Of a stretch of 60,000 bases of DNA, positions 1-14,575 are shown in pieces. The DNA is from Lama guanicoe. Taxonomy: Eukaryota. Each line of letters starts with the position of its first letter. Within the stretch, counting starts at the first letter, position 1. Both the position numbers and the translations under genes were made by a program. Location of the stretch: the NCBI GenBank assembly GCA_013239625.1, contig MU054117.1, positions 560,001 to 620,000 on the forward strand, read 5' to 3'. The notes beneath the pieces were generated by a model. It did no database searches. It was given only the letters and a program-made list of their open reading frames with translations, and was not told the origin of the DNA.

Positions 1-1339
1 TCAGGGACTTTGTCTGGACCACACAGCCCACCACCAGCTGCCTCATGGCTCAGCCCTGACTGAGTGAAAATGTTGCCTTTTGTGTTTTGATGGAGCCCAG
101 TGAATACAAACAAGACTTTGTGAGTCACTCTGAATAGGAAGTAAGCCAGCGACTGGCCTGGGACAGGACTGAACCGTCAGGTGTTCCCCTGGGTCTTGAG
201 TCCTCACCTCACACAGAGCAGTTCCTCCGTGTTCCCCGTGGAGGGGGCGGCTTCTGGCCTCCTGAGGATGCCCCTGAGCTGAGGCGGGAGGGGAGCAGGC
301 GGGGAGCAGGACTCCCAGCGGAGCTGGGGTTGCCGTAGCAACAGGATGCTGCCTCGATGGCGGAATTTTAAAATAGCTCAGCTGTAAGAGCTTTACCCCA
401 CTCCCTCTGTCGCCTCCCCGGTGCTGAGCGTGTGCTGCCTGCTCTCTGCCTGGGCTCCTGGCAGCTTCTCCGGGGGTGGAGGGGGAGGGCTGTCTCCGGC
501 TGTGAACTGCTGCGGCTGTCAGGGCTCAACTTCTGCTTCCCGCCTCCTCCAGCTCTTGGTTCCAAAAGCCTTCTGTCATTTTCTCTTTTTTGGGAGGCGG
601 AGAAGAGGGGTCTCGTTTGAAACTCCCCATTCCTCCCGCTGTGGCCTGCGCTTCTGCCAGGACAGCCGAAGCAGTCCCGGAGCGCTCTTGGCCGGGGGGG
701 GGCCCTTCTTGTCTGCTTTCCCCTTTGCTCTTTCTAACGTCCTCCTGGGGCTTCACGGACTCCACGAGGCCCCAGGGTGCGGAATGAAACCCCGCCTCAT
801 CTTGGAGGACGTTATCCCTGACTTGGCCCTGGACTTGGTCCTGTCAGACTTCAGACATTTTTGTAAGGTTACAGGAATGAAGAAGGTGCTCTGCTGGCAG
901 AGCGAAGGGCACACACCAATGGGACAAAGCAGCACAGAGAAACACGGCACAAGTGTGAAAATACGGCTGCACGTGACACATGTGTATTGCTGGCTCCTGC
1001 TCCTGCTCCTGCTAGGGGCTGCTCCTGGCTTCCCCTCCAGGTGGTGACTCCGGGGCCCAGGCACCTTCCATCTGTGATGCTGTCACCTTGAACACATGGT
1101 CCCCAAGGTCACAGTGGAAGAGGGAGGGGGAGGGATGACCATGGAGGGAGTCGGGCGAGACCTGGCCTGGATGTCAGCGCCCTGTCCCTGTCCCCGTCCC
1201 CTGGCCAGGCCCGCGTCCAGCGCCGCTCCCAACAGGATGGAAATGTCTTCCTCTGTCCCTGGGAAAAGGAAACCGGGTCAGTCGGCAGCATCCAGCCTGT
1301 CCCTGCTGCCACACCACTGCTCACTAGGACAAAGGAAAT

Positions 1340-2760
1340 CTGATTTGCTTAGTTTTATTTAAATTCATGAATAAGTATTGAAATTTATTTCTGTATGTTT
1401 GTTGAGTTGACCATGAATGTTTTTCTCCTGTAATCTGTTCATTTGGTAAACTGCATTTATAGATTTTTCTTTTTCCGTCTTCAACTCTGCCTTTCATTCC
1501 TGAGATAAACCCTAGCTGGTTTTGCTGTATGTTGCTGTCACTATGAGCTGGAATTTTGTTTAGGAGTTTTTTGTCTGTGTTCATAAATGAGACTGGCCTA
1601 TATATTTAAGCTTTTTTCTACTGCCTTTGTCTGGTTTTGATAACAGTTCTGTGAGCCTTGTAAATAAATGGTGGCACATTCTGTCTTTTCCAGTTTTGTG
1701 GGTCAGTTTGTTTACAGTGAGATTATTGGCGCCTTGAATGTCAGTGGAACACACAAAAGCGTCTGGACCTAGTAAGTTTTCAGGGGAAGACTCCATTACC
1801 GATTCAACTTCTTTAATAATTAAATGTACATTCAGATTTTGCTGCTTAGTTTAGGAAAGTCATATTTTTCTGGGAAATTTTCCACTTTTCTTTAAGTTTT
1901 CAAATAGTGTAACATTGTTCATAGTAGTCTCATCATGAAAAATCTGTTCCTGTGGTTAGCTCTCTTTCATTCCTGTTATTGCTTATTTATGCTTTCATTT
2001 TTCTTAATAAATCATGTCAGATCTTTGTGTATTTAAATGTCAGGTTTTATTATTTCTGTTTTATCTTTAGTATTTCCTTCTTTACGTTTTTACTGTATTT
2101 TCTCCGTTATTCTTTCTCCAGCTTATTAGTTTGGATGCTTAGCTTGTAATTTTTAGTCTTTCTGCTTTTGTAACATAAAAAAAATTGGGGGGAGGTGACA
2201 GAAACATTTATGGCTAAAAATTTCCCTCTGAGGTTTGCTTTGGCTGTACCCCATTCATTCTGACAAGCAGTATTTTCATGATCATTTAGTTCTAAATATT
2301 TTCTAATCTTTGTGTGAGTTACTTGGAAGTATGTTAAAATTTCCAAATATTTGGGGAGTGGTTGGTGATCTTTCTGTTACTGTGTCCTAATTTAATTGTT
2401 CTGAAGTCAAGGAACGCGGCCTGTACACTGTCAGGTTTTATAAACGTTGCACATGTATTTGTAAACTGTGTACAGTATCTGATTTTTCAGGCATACAGTT
2501 CTGTATTCAGCCATTAGGTCAGGCTTGTTAGTGATGTGTTTAAACTTGTGTATATATTTACCAAAATCTTACCGGTTTGATTCGTCAATTACTGAGACAT
2601 GTGTTTATATCCCCCACTGTAATTAGGTACTTGCCAGTTTCTCATGATAATACTGTTCACTTTGCTTTCCTTGTTTTTAAGCTGTGTTATTGTGTAGGCA
2701 CAAGTTCAGAATTACAATGTCTTTCTGGAACCTGGCCCTTTGACAGCAGCAAGTATTTAG
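1340..2760 (-). mobile_element. Ancient LINE-1 ORF2 relic (L1M-type)
   Basis: Broken minus-strand ORFs resemble L1 ORF2: MNTDKKLLNKIPA...QLGFISGMKG (cf. MNIDAKILNKILA...QVGFIPGMQG) and IRKYLELNDHENTACQNEWGTAKANLRGKFLAIN; T-rich plus strand. Boundaries approximate. Confidence 0.85.
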
Positions 2761-2769
2761 ACAGTACAG

Positions 2770-2995
2770 CATGCCAGTGTTTTCTAAGTGCTCTCACTGT
2801 GTTAACTTACTGGCCCTTCATAACAATTCTATGAAGTAGGGGCTATTACTGCCCCCATTTTGCAGATGGGAAAACTGAGCACAGAGACATTAAGTAACTT
2901 GACCAAGGTCACCAGCTTCTGAGTGGCGGCATCGGGACTTGGAGCCGGTTAGTCTGGCTCCAGCAGTGTGCTCGTAACTACTAGGCTGCACTGTC
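2770..2995 (-). mobile_element. MIR SINE
   Basis: MIR core CCCATTTTGCAGATGGGAAAACTGAGCACAGAGACATTAAGTAACTTGACCAAGGTCAC. Confidence 0.85.
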
Positions 2996-2999
2996 CCTT

Positions 3000-3990
3000 G
3001 TTATTTGGGGAAGTTCTTTATGTCTGATCATTTTCTTGGGTATAAGGTTTATTTTTTCTAATGTTAGTATAGCCATGCCAGCTTTTTAAAGTTAATATTT
3101 ACTTGGCTTATTTACATAAATGCATTAAAAATATACATTTTTTTCAGCCTTTCACTTTAAATCTTTTCAGTGTTTTAGAGATATTTCTTATAAAAGCATA
3201 TAGCTGGGAATTTTAAAAAATCTAAGCTAATGATCTCAGTTATTAAAAGGACATTTACAGTGATCACTGATCTGTTTAGCTTCTTTTTTTAACCATCCAT
3301 TGCTCTCTGGCTTCTGCTACTTCTGACGAGAATCCGCTGTCGGTCTGCCTGCTGTCCTTCGTTTTGCCGTCTGGTTTCTCTGAAGATCGTTTGCTTCAGA
3401 CGCTCTCCAGGTTCACGGCCAAGCATCTAGGAGCGTGCTTATTTTCACTCATCCTGCAGGATTCGCTGCGACTCCTGAATCTGTGGATCGGAGAATTTCT
3501 TTCACGGTTTTGGAAATTTTTCAGCCAAAATTTCTTTTCTTGTGTTGTCCTCACCCTTTCATGCCTCTCCTGGAACTTCTGTTGGGCCCACTTTGGACCT
3601 CCCCAGTCCCTCACCTTGTCGGTCGATCTCTCTTTCACACATCACAGCCCCCAGCTCTGTCTGCTGCCTTCGAGAGAACTTGCTATGTCATTAAATTTAT
3701 TGTCTCTTTAGTTACGTCTCATGTGCTGCTTAATCCAGCTATTAATTTTTTTCAATGCCTTGAAATCTGAAATTCTTTTTAAAAAAAAATCTTCATTTTT
3801 TTGGCATTGACTGATCATTTTCTTGTGTAACATTTAATTCCTTTAATGACTTTCAAACTGTTTTTTGAGTTATCAGTGGTTGCTCCAGAGCTAATAATAT
3901 ATGTCTTAGCTTATGATTTACACCAGTTTATACCACCTTCACTTCAGCAAGATGTAAAAGCAGCTCCCATATGTTTCCACTTCCTCCTTC
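3000..3990 (-). mobile_element. Degenerate L1 fragments (ORF1/inter-ORF region)
   Basis: T-rich; minus-strand translation ...KNFQNRERNSPIHRFRSRSESCRMSENKHAPRCLAVNL resembles L1 ORF1. Confidence 0.55.
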
Positions 3991-4007
3991 CCTTTTCAGT
4001 GCTGCGT

Positions 4008-4095
4008 TTTTTTGTGGGGGGAGATAATTAGGCTTGTTTCTTTATTCCTGGAGGAGGCACTGGGGTTCGGACCCCTTGAGCTGCACCTCCCCCCT
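4008..4095 (-). mobile_element. Internally deleted camelid Vic-1-like tRNA-derived SINE
   Basis: Reverse complement GGGGGAGGTGCAGCTCAAGGGG...AACCCCAGTGCCTCC...AATAAAGAAACAAGCCTAATTATCTCCCCCC, related to the SINE at 59784. Confidence 0.55.
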
Positions 4096-4185
4096 TTTTC
4101 CTGCATTATCATCACATATATTATATCTCTATATGTTGCAATATACATTTTCTAATTATTACTTTACATAAAAGTTTTATGTCTT

Positions 4186-4829
4186 ATTTTTTAATCTTTT
4201 CATGAACTAACCTTTTTTTTAAACATTTTTTATTGATTTATAATCATTTTACAATGTTGTGTCAAATGCCAGTGTAGAGAACAATTTTTCAGTTATACAT
4301 GAACATACATATATTCATTGTCACATTGTTTTCTCTGTAAGCTGTTATAAGATCTTGTGTATATTTCCCTGTGCTATACAGTATAATCTTGTTTATCTAT
4401 TCTACATTTTGAAATCCCAGTCTATCCCTTACCACCCCCCGTCCCCTTGGTAACCACAAGTTTGTATTCTATGTCTATGAGTCTGTTTCTGTTTTGTATT
4501 TATGCTTTGTTTGTTTTGGGTTTTTTTTTTTTTTAGATTCCGCATATGAGCGATCTCATATGGTATTTTTCTTTCTCTTTCTGGCTTACTTCACTTAGAA
4601 TGACATTCTCCAGGAGCATCCATGTTGCTGCAAGTGGCACTATGTTGTCAGTTTTTATGGCTGAGTAGTATTCCATTGTATAAATATACCACATCTTCTT
4701 TATCCAGTCATCTGTTGATGGACATTTAGGCTGTTTCCATGTCTTGGCTATAGTAAATAGTGCTGCTATGAACATTGGGGTGGAGGTGTCATCCTGAAGT
4801 AGGGTTCCTTCTGGATATATGACCAAGAG
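4186..4829 (-). mobile_element. Young 5'-truncated L1 (ORF2 C-terminus + 3'UTR + polyA) with 16-bp TSD
   Basis: ORF 4533-4826 (PMFIAALFTIAKTWKQPKCPSTDDWIKKMWYIYTMEYYSAIK); perfect direct repeats AAAAGTTTTATGTCTT at 4170-4185 and 4830-4845. Confidence 0.92.
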
Positions 4830-5099
4830 AAAAGTTTTATGTCTTTTAAAGAAGATGAGATCTACTCTCCCTCTACCAGAGAGAAAATATATTTATTTAT
4901 AAAGCTTGTCATATCAAAATTCTTGTTTACCATTTCTGGTTCTCTTCACTGGGAGGATTCAAGTCACCACCAGAAATTTGTCATTTTATCACAGCTGTGT
5001 CCACACCCCTCCTCTGTGCTGTTATTGTCAAAGATACTACATTTTTATGTGTTAAAGGCCCAACAGCACGATGCTAATTATATGGTTTTATGCAATTCC

Positions 5100-6470
5100 T
5101 TTTTTAAAAGACAGGTTTTAAAATAGCAGTTTTAGGTTCACAGCAAAAATCGAGAGGGAAGTACAGAGATTTCCCATAAAGCCACACCCCCCGGCGCATG
5201 ATGCACAGCCTCCCCCATCATCAGCAGCCCCGCCAGACGGCACGTTTGTTACACCTGAGGAGATGCGTGGACACGCACCGCCCAAAGCGCACAGTTTACG
5301 TCAGGGTTCGCTCTCGGCGCCGCGGTCTGTGGCTCTGGACGAGTTACAGGGGTGCGTGTCTAGAACAGTGTCAGGCCGAGTATTTTCGTGGCCCTGAAAG
5401 TCGCCCGTGCGCCACCTGTTCATCGCTCCCCCTCCCCCCCAGCAAGCACTGATCTTTTTACTGTCTCTGTGGTTTTGTCTTTCCCAGAGTGTCATGCGGT
5501 TGGAATCCTACAACATGTGACCTTTTCAGATTGGCTTCTTTCATTTAGTAATCTGCATTTAAGTTCCCTCCATGTCTTTTCGTGACTTGAAGCTCATTTA
5601 TTTTTAGTGCCGAATAGTCTTACACTGTCTGGCTCTTCTCCAGTGTATTTCTCCACGTACCTACTGCATGGCATCTCTGTTGCTTCCAAGTTCTGGCCGT
5701 TGTGAGTAAGGCTCCTGTAAATACCCACGTGCAGGTTTTGTGTGGAGGTGAGTTTTCAGCTCCTTTGGGTGAACATCAGGGAGCACGACTGCTGCGTTAG
5801 AATTGTTTAGTTTTGTAAAAATGCCAACTATCTTCCGAAGCAGCCGTGCCATCCTGCACGGCCGCCAGCCACAGAGGAGGGTTCCTGTTCTGCGTGCTCG
5901 CCAGCGCTGCTGGTGTCAGTGTCCCCGACCCTGGCGGTTCTGGTCAGGTGTGTGGTGGTACCTCGCTGTTGTTTTAAGTGCCTCTCCCTGATGACGTAAG
6001 ACCTGGAGCATCTTTTCCTGTGCTGATTTGCCATCTGCATGTCTTCTTTGGGGAGGTGCCTATTAAGTTCCTTTGAGACTTTTTTTTATATGGGTTGCTT
6101 GTCATCTGTGGTTGAGTCTCGTGTGTGCTTTGGATAACAGCCCTTTATCAGGTGTGTCCTTTGCAAATACTTTCTCGCAGTCTGTGGTTTACCTTCCCGT
6201 TCTCTTGACAGTGTCTTTTGCAGAGCAGACATTTAACATTTTTACGTCCAGCTTCCCGTTCTTCCTTTCTTAGATCACAGCTTTGGTGTTGTATCTAGAA
6301 GTCATGGCCAAACCCAGGATCACCTAGGCCTTCTCCTGCGTGATCTGCTTTACATTTAGGCCTGGGATCCACTTTGAGTTAATTTTTGTGAAGGGTGTAG
6401 ATCTGTGTCTAGATTCTTCTTCTTTTTTCATGTGGATGCCCAGTTGTTCCTGCACCATTTGATGAAAAGA
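5100..6470 (-). mobile_element. L1MC-like 3' end and ORF2 C-terminal relic
   Basis: AGCAGTTTTAGGTTCACAGCAAAA...GTACAGAGATTTCCCA and TTTTCAGATTGGCTTCTTTCATTTAGTAA typical of the L1MC 3'UTR; CCAGTTGTTCCTGCACCATTTGATGAAAAGA typical of ORF2. Confidence 0.8.
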
Positions 6471-6479
6471 GGCAATTAC

Positions 6480-7190
6480 TTTTTAAGTAAGTGATAAGAA
6501 AGGAGAAGAAATACGCAGTTACATTGTTTTCTGTAAGTACCTACCTAGTGACCTTTCCTGGCAATCTTTGTGTTCTTGGCGAGCATGGATCTGAATGATT
6601 GCTTCCAGCCTGAAGCGCCTCCCTCAGTGTAGTGTTTCTTTCTAAGGCAGGTGTGCCAGCAACAGGCTTCTCAGGTTTTGTTTCTCTGGAAATGTCTTCA
6701 TGTCACCTTCACTGTTGAAAGGCAGTTTTGCTGGATGTAAGAATCTTGTTTCACTTCCTCCTTCAGCACTTGCAGTGTGTCTCCCCCCGCTTTCTGGTCT
6801 CCACTCTTTCTGATGAGAAGCTTGCTGTTAATCTTGCTGGGATTCCCTGGTATGTGACATAGTTTTTCTCTTGCTGTTTTCAAGATTTTCTCTGTGTCTT
6901 TAGCTTTTGACATGTTGTCTATGACGTGCCTGGATGCGAGTCTCTGTGCGTACCCTGCTTGGAGTTTGTTGAGCTTCTTGGATGTGTAGATTCATAGTTG
7001 TTTTTTTTAAATCAAATCTGAGACATTTTTCAGACATTATTTCTTTGAATTTCTTTTTCTGCGCCCTCTCTCTCTCCTCTCCTCCAGGTACTCCCACCGG
7101 GTGCCTGTTCACGAGGTCGGTGGTGCCCCACCTCTCTCCCAGGTTCTGTTCGTTTTCTTCTGAATTCCCTTCTCTCTGTTCTTCGGTGTT
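6480..7190 (-). mobile_element. L1 ORF1 relic
   Basis: Minus-strand ORFs MSKAKDTEKILKTAREK... and ...GVPGGEERERAQKKKFKEIMSEK...NLHIQEAQQTPSR match L1 ORF1p motifs. Confidence 0.8.
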
Positions 7191-8984
7191 TGGCCCCTGC
7201 CAGTGTGTCTGGGCTAACACCGGGACTCCTTCACCAGAGGGTCCTGCACGCCTGTGGGTGCAGCCTGGCTCTGGGGACTGGGGGCTCTGAGTGGTGGGCA
7301 GAGAGCGTTGTCTTCAGAGCGCTCTCAGAGGAATCCTGAAGTTTCACATCCTCACAGGCCGAAGCTTCGCAGACTCATCCTGCTCCAGGGTCCTCGCCAG
7401 CTCCCCGGTCATTTTTTGGGAGTTGGCACGGTGCTGTGCCTTTCCACAGGGGCCCCCAGAAGGCTCCACACAGCCTCCGACAGCTCCCGGTGGTACCTGC
7501 TGTGAAGGCGGAGGGCAGCAGTGATGCAGGGACAGCAGGTCAGTCAGGAACAGGCCTTGGCTCAGTGCTGAGGGGCCGCCCTGCCCGCTGAACTTTCCTG
7601 TGCTGCTGGGCTGATCTGGGACGTCTGCCCTCCCCCTGGCCTGCCTACGGCTGCTCCAGGAGGGCAGTGACCTTGGCCTTTCCCCTCCAGGAGGACCAGG
7701 GTATCAGGTCTCCAAACAAGCCTTACCCAGTGCCCCCACCCCCATTTAACAGGTGCTTAGAGAAATAATTTTTGGATGAAAACCTGCTTAGTTTGTCCTT
7801 GTCCCCGAGGATGGAAAGGAGGGTTGTGGGTGGGTGAGAGCACTGGGCTGAGAGTCAAATCTCAGCCTAACTCTGCCCTGTACTGGCTGTGTGACTGGAA
7901 GTCAGCTGCTCCACCTCTCTGTTTCCAGGCCCGGGTGCTTATGAGCTGCTCAGTGACTATGTCTTCCCCTTTCCAGTTCCTCGTGGCATGTCTGTACTCA
8001 CTTATTGTACGACAAAGTCTTTTTAACTTCCTTCTTCTCATCTTGGCCACATCTTTGCCAAGCCCTCTCCAGGCTGAAGCGAAGGCTCTGTGTGTGCGCG
8101 CACGTGTGTGCGCGGTGTGCACATGGCAGATCAGACACAATCCAGTGCAAAACGGGTACCCCTCCGGCATTCTGACTACCAGGTACCGTGTTTTGCGCCC
8201 TGATTTCTCATCCTTATTATCTGTGGTCTCTTTGTTCAGGAATAAAAAGGAAAATTGGGCTAAAGACTCTCATACAGAAGTTAATCTGAGCGATTGAAGC
8301 CCGCTTCCCAGAAACGCAAGGATGACCTCAAAGGGCTGTTACCCCGGAGTTACCAGGGAGGACACCTGTCTCCGGAGGCACTGGCGGGTGAGAGCAGGCG
8401 GGGGGCGCTGGGGGGCTGGGGTGGTGGGCAGGGGCCGGGCGGGGCGTGTTCTCGGCGTTCCCTCCAGAACCCCGTTCTCTGCCTCCATCAGCTGCTTCCT
8501 TGACTCGAGCAGGAGTCCTGGGCCAGCTTTCAGGTGAGCTGCTGGCTGGTGTTTCCTCTGGGGGAGAGCTGGGAGCCCAGGTGTTGTCACTCCCGGTAGC
8601 AGCTGGCAGCTCCCCCATCCGCTTTCTAACCTGGACGGGCTCAGCCCTGACACCTGCTGGAGCTGCTGTGGTGCTCACAGGAGTGCAGGCTGCCCCTGCT
8701 GCTTCCTCCCCACCTTGCCCGAGTAGGCAGGCCTCGCACCAGCTGGCAGCGCCGAAGCTCCCACGTGGTGAAGCCTGTGAGCGGCTCCAGGAACCGCTGC
8801 TCCTCACGAGAGCCGCTTAGCTCCCTGGAGTTTACCTAAGTGCAGAGCTTCCGGGAGCGGAACTCTGAACGTGGCCTCAGGAAGGAATCCAGCCCAGAAA
8901 ACTGTCATTAGCGGCCGCCCGCGCTAGGAGTAGAGGTTCACGGGAGGGTAAGACACGAGCTAAATGGAATGGCGATGGTAACAA

Positions 8985-9215
8985 CAGTCAAGGTTAGCCG
9001 AGAACATTCTCCATGCCAGCCACTGGGCCAAACCCTTGGGACTCATGACCTCCCTCAATACAACAGCCTGGTGAGATAGATAGCGGCCCTTTTTCACAGC
9101 TGGATAACCTGAGGCTCAAAGAGGTGAAGTAACCAGTCCGAGATCACACGGGCTGAGTGGCAGAGCTGAGACCTCCGCCCCAGAGCTCAGCGCGCCCCGC
9201 CAACCCACTCTGCCT
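8985..9215 (-). mobile_element. MIR SINE
   Basis: CTGAGGCTCAAAGAGGTGAAGTAACCAGTCCGAGATCACACGG...GTGGCAGAGCTGAGA MIR core. Confidence 0.7.
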
Positions 9216-10209
9216 TGCACTGCTCCTCACGAGAGCCGACTGGCCACAGAATTTTCCAAACGCATGTGTCATGTGAAAATCCCACATCTACCACGGATTA
9301 GTTGTGCAGACAACTCCAAGAGGCTGGGAAGAGCAGGTTCAGCTCAAAACGACCCTATTCAAGAAGCAGATTCAGGGGCAAGTCCTGGGCAACCAGCCGC
9401 TACCACCACTGAGCCCCACTCCCTCAGTCGGCCTGTTTGGGAAGTCGTCTGGGAAGGTGAGACCCAGCTGCGGCGGCCTGAGAAACGAAGGCAGGGAACA
9501 AGCAGCCTCAGTGTGGCGAGGAGGAGGAAGGGGCGGGCAGGCTTCCTGCCCTGCGTCATAGGCTGGGTGTTTGCATCACACAGACCTGCTTCCTAAGCCC
9601 CACAGTCTTGGCTCCGCCTGCTGCCTTCCTGAGCTGCTTCTGGATTCCAGCCCCGTCAGGCACTAAGTCCAGGAGGTGAGTCAGGACGAGCTGGGAGCTA
9701 GAGACGCAGGGCTGCCCAGTTCCCGCCCACTGGCCAGGACGCCGTGCTCCCCATGACCACCTTTGGGCCTGTGTTTCTATCAGGGTGCCCGTTCTCTGGG
9801 TGTCCCTTTATTTTCCTCTGCTGTGCATCTTCCTGTCGCCCCACTCTTCCTGCTTTAAGGACCTCAGAGAATACTGAAGGCCCACTTGGCTGGGGCCACA
9901 GGGACCACCCCCACCCCTCCTTTCATCCCAAGCATTCATAGTCAAAGAACTGCTCCATTCACTGGAAACGGGTACCTCCCCCAACTGAGCCCAGTGCAGG
10001 GCACACGAATATGTGGAAATAGTCTCCCGTTCCTGGTCCTTGTAATCAGTATGGCCTGACTCCTCCACTGGTTTTTAAGGTCCCCAGGGAGAAACAGGAT
10101 GTCCCAATGAAAAGGGCACTTGACGGAGGAGAGGCCAAAGCTGCTCTGGTGCCTGCAGAGGTCTCAGCCTGTCTTTTGAATCTCGCGCTTGGGGCACGGT
10201 TTACACTGA

Positions 10210-11916
<1,707 letters not shown>

Positions 11917-14569
11917 GGGGTTGGGGGGCTCTCCTTGGGGATGGGAGACCCCCACTCCCCGTCTTCTGACCTTCTCCCACCAGGTTGGATCAGCCTCTGT
12001 CTGGGGCGGCAACTGTTAATAGGGCCAAGGGCCAGTGTGCCCTTCTGAACGCCTTGTGTCAGACCTGCCTGGAGGGAGATGGCGCTGCGGTGACGAGGAA
12101 GGTTCCCTGACTGTGTCCTCATCTCCAAGCCCTCCCCTCACCCTGGCCTCCAAGGGGCTGGGTGCCCCTGCATCTTGCGTGCCCCACCTCCACCTTGATT
12201 CCTATCCACTGTGGGGGAGGGTGGAGGAAAGGGGTGTCCAGGCAGGGGGTGCTGGGCCAGGGCTCTCCCTCCCACATGCTTGGACTTGCCAGCTGCTTTT
12301 AGGCTGTGGGTAGTGGCTGTTGCCCCACGCCTTGAAACTGACCCAGAATCCACAGTTCCCCCAATGTGTGTGTGTCGTTTCTTCCAGATGGCAGATGCGA
12401 AGTCTGCGTGTGTGCGTGTGGGTGTGGGTGTGTGTTGTTTCCTGTGTCCCTCACAATCAGTAGGAGATCTGGGGAGTCCTTGCTCTCCCCACCACACTCA
12501 TTCCTATCTGAATCTGTGGCCATGAATTCCCAGAAAGAGCTGGGCTCCTGGGGGCTGCCTGGCTGCCCTCCTCCCAGGACCTTCCTCAGTCCGGCTCCTC
12601 TCCTCTCGGCTGGGGGAGGGGAGGGGCCACACTCTAAGGACCAAACTGCACCCGTTCTTGGGTGAGTGAGCATTTCTACCTCCATGCTGTCCACTTTAGT
12701 GGCATCACGCACTGATGCCACTTGCAAAAATGACAAGTACTCAGAAGCTGCGTTCACCGTGGCCACCAGACCCAGCTGGGTTTGGTGCCAGTGTTACTTA
12801 TTACAGGGTCTGGAGCGTGAGCCGTCCGCTGCCTCCCTCGCTCCCTCCCTCTGCACCCACAGCTTCTGTCCGACCTGGAGTTTGTTGCTGGCTAGGCCAG
12901 ATCTTGGCTCAGAAGAATAGTTTTGGAGGGGTTCCTGGACAGATGTGACGGTGGGCCTCCCATGGGCCTGAGAGAAGGAAATTCAGCTCCCCATCTGTTC
13001 TTCCCCTGGAAGCTTGGTGTAGATCAGAAAGGGTGACCTTGTCCTCTGCTCTGGTCTTGAGAGTTTCTAGGGAAAAAGCAGGCTGCGTGGGGTGGGGTTG
13101 GCAAGCCCTCCCCAGCCCAGCCCCCTCCCTGGTGTGCCTCCCGTCAAGGCTGATGACAGGTGACATCCAGGGGTAGCCCATGTGGAGTCTTGATGTGGGA
13201 CCTCAGTCTCGGCATCTTGGCGGCGGGGCGGTGGGAGTGTGGGAGGAGAGCTGGGAGCAAGGCTAGGGGTACTCACTCTCTTCCTCACCGCCCCGAAACA
13301 GGCAGGGGTGGGGGTCGTCAGAATCCATGTTTCTCCCCCGTTCTGTGCCTGGGCAGCTTTGTGTGGTGCGGTAAACCGTGGAAAAAGAGCCAGATGTCTT
13401 GGGTTGTGGCTTTGACTCTGTCACCCACAAGCTGTGAGTGACACACCACTTTTGCTTTCTGGGCCTCAGTTTTTTGCTTGGGGCCCGGCTCTCCCACCTT
13501 CTGGGGGCTTGTTGACAGAAGAGGAGACACAGGAGGGCTGAGGGCAAGGAGGACAAAGCTGCCCTCAGTGCTGTCCCTGCTCCCAGCCCTCCTCTCCGTA
13601 CCGACAGGCCCAGTGTTAGCTGGTGGGATTTTGCAACTAATTGTGTGTTTTCTGCCTTCTCTCCTCCCCCCAGGACTCCTCTTCTTTCCCTTTGAATTCC
13701 ATGTGGTCAAAGCTCTGGGGCCCAGACCCTAGGGGGCAGGAGCCGCTCCCTCTGTCCCCATGTCCTCTCTCCAGCTTTGCTGTTTCTCTGCTACCTGATC
13801 TCAGTGACTGAGAAGGACTGTGTCTGAGCCATGGCAGGCCCCCGCCCGGCCCTCGCCCCTCGCTCTTTCTACTGTTTGGGTGGTGGTCTCCCTACTGAGT
13901 GACCGGCTGTGAAATCTCAAGGCTGTCGAGCTTTCTTGGGGGGAGGCTGGCACAGGTTCCGATGAGCTGCCACTTCCCCAGTACATCGAGAGACTGATGG
14001 CACCGGCTGAATCTGGCAGAGGCCAGGCCACTGGCCCCTGGATGCACGTCCTTCTGACACTTGGTACCAGCACTTGTCCTCAGGGGTCAGCCCCTCCCTT
14101 CTGGTGTGTTTTTCTTGAACCCTTTTACTTACTTCCCTTGCCCCATTCACAACAAGAAATGCCCCGAAAGCTTCATTTTTCTGGCTTTCTAGGGGCATCT
14201 GTAGTGTGGGTCAGACCGGAGATGCTGCCTGTGGGTCCAGCAGACAGGATGTGCACTGTCCCCAGGCCTGCATCCACAGTGCGGGTCACGGAGAAGAACC
14301 TGGGGTCGAATCCGGGGCCGCCTGCCTCTAACATCGGGCAGGTCCTGTGTCTCAGCCCCTGACTCCTGATCTGGTTTAAAGAGGGCTTGGACTGGAGCCT
14401 CTCTCAGGACAGTTTCGACAGACGTGCCCCACTGCCTACTGCACATGTTTTTGTGGAAGAGAGCGAGCTGGCAGGCAGAGCCTGGAAGATGGGAAGTGCA
14501 CCATGCTAGCATTTATCATGTTTTTTTCTTCCTTCTCTTTTTAAAAATATAACCAGCCTCTGTTCTGAA

Positions 14570-14575
14570 AATAAA
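14570..14575 (+). terminator. Likely TMEM121B polyadenylation signal
   Basis: AATAAA preceded by U-rich sequence and followed by GU-rich CTGTGTGGTTTGTTTT (14601-14616); implies ~2.7 kb 3'UTR. Confidence 0.7.

Noticed and set aside
1..130. Possible 3'UTR end of HDHD5 (CECR5), expected here by synteny
   Set aside because: No coding exon in the window and only a variant AATACA signal; not supportable.
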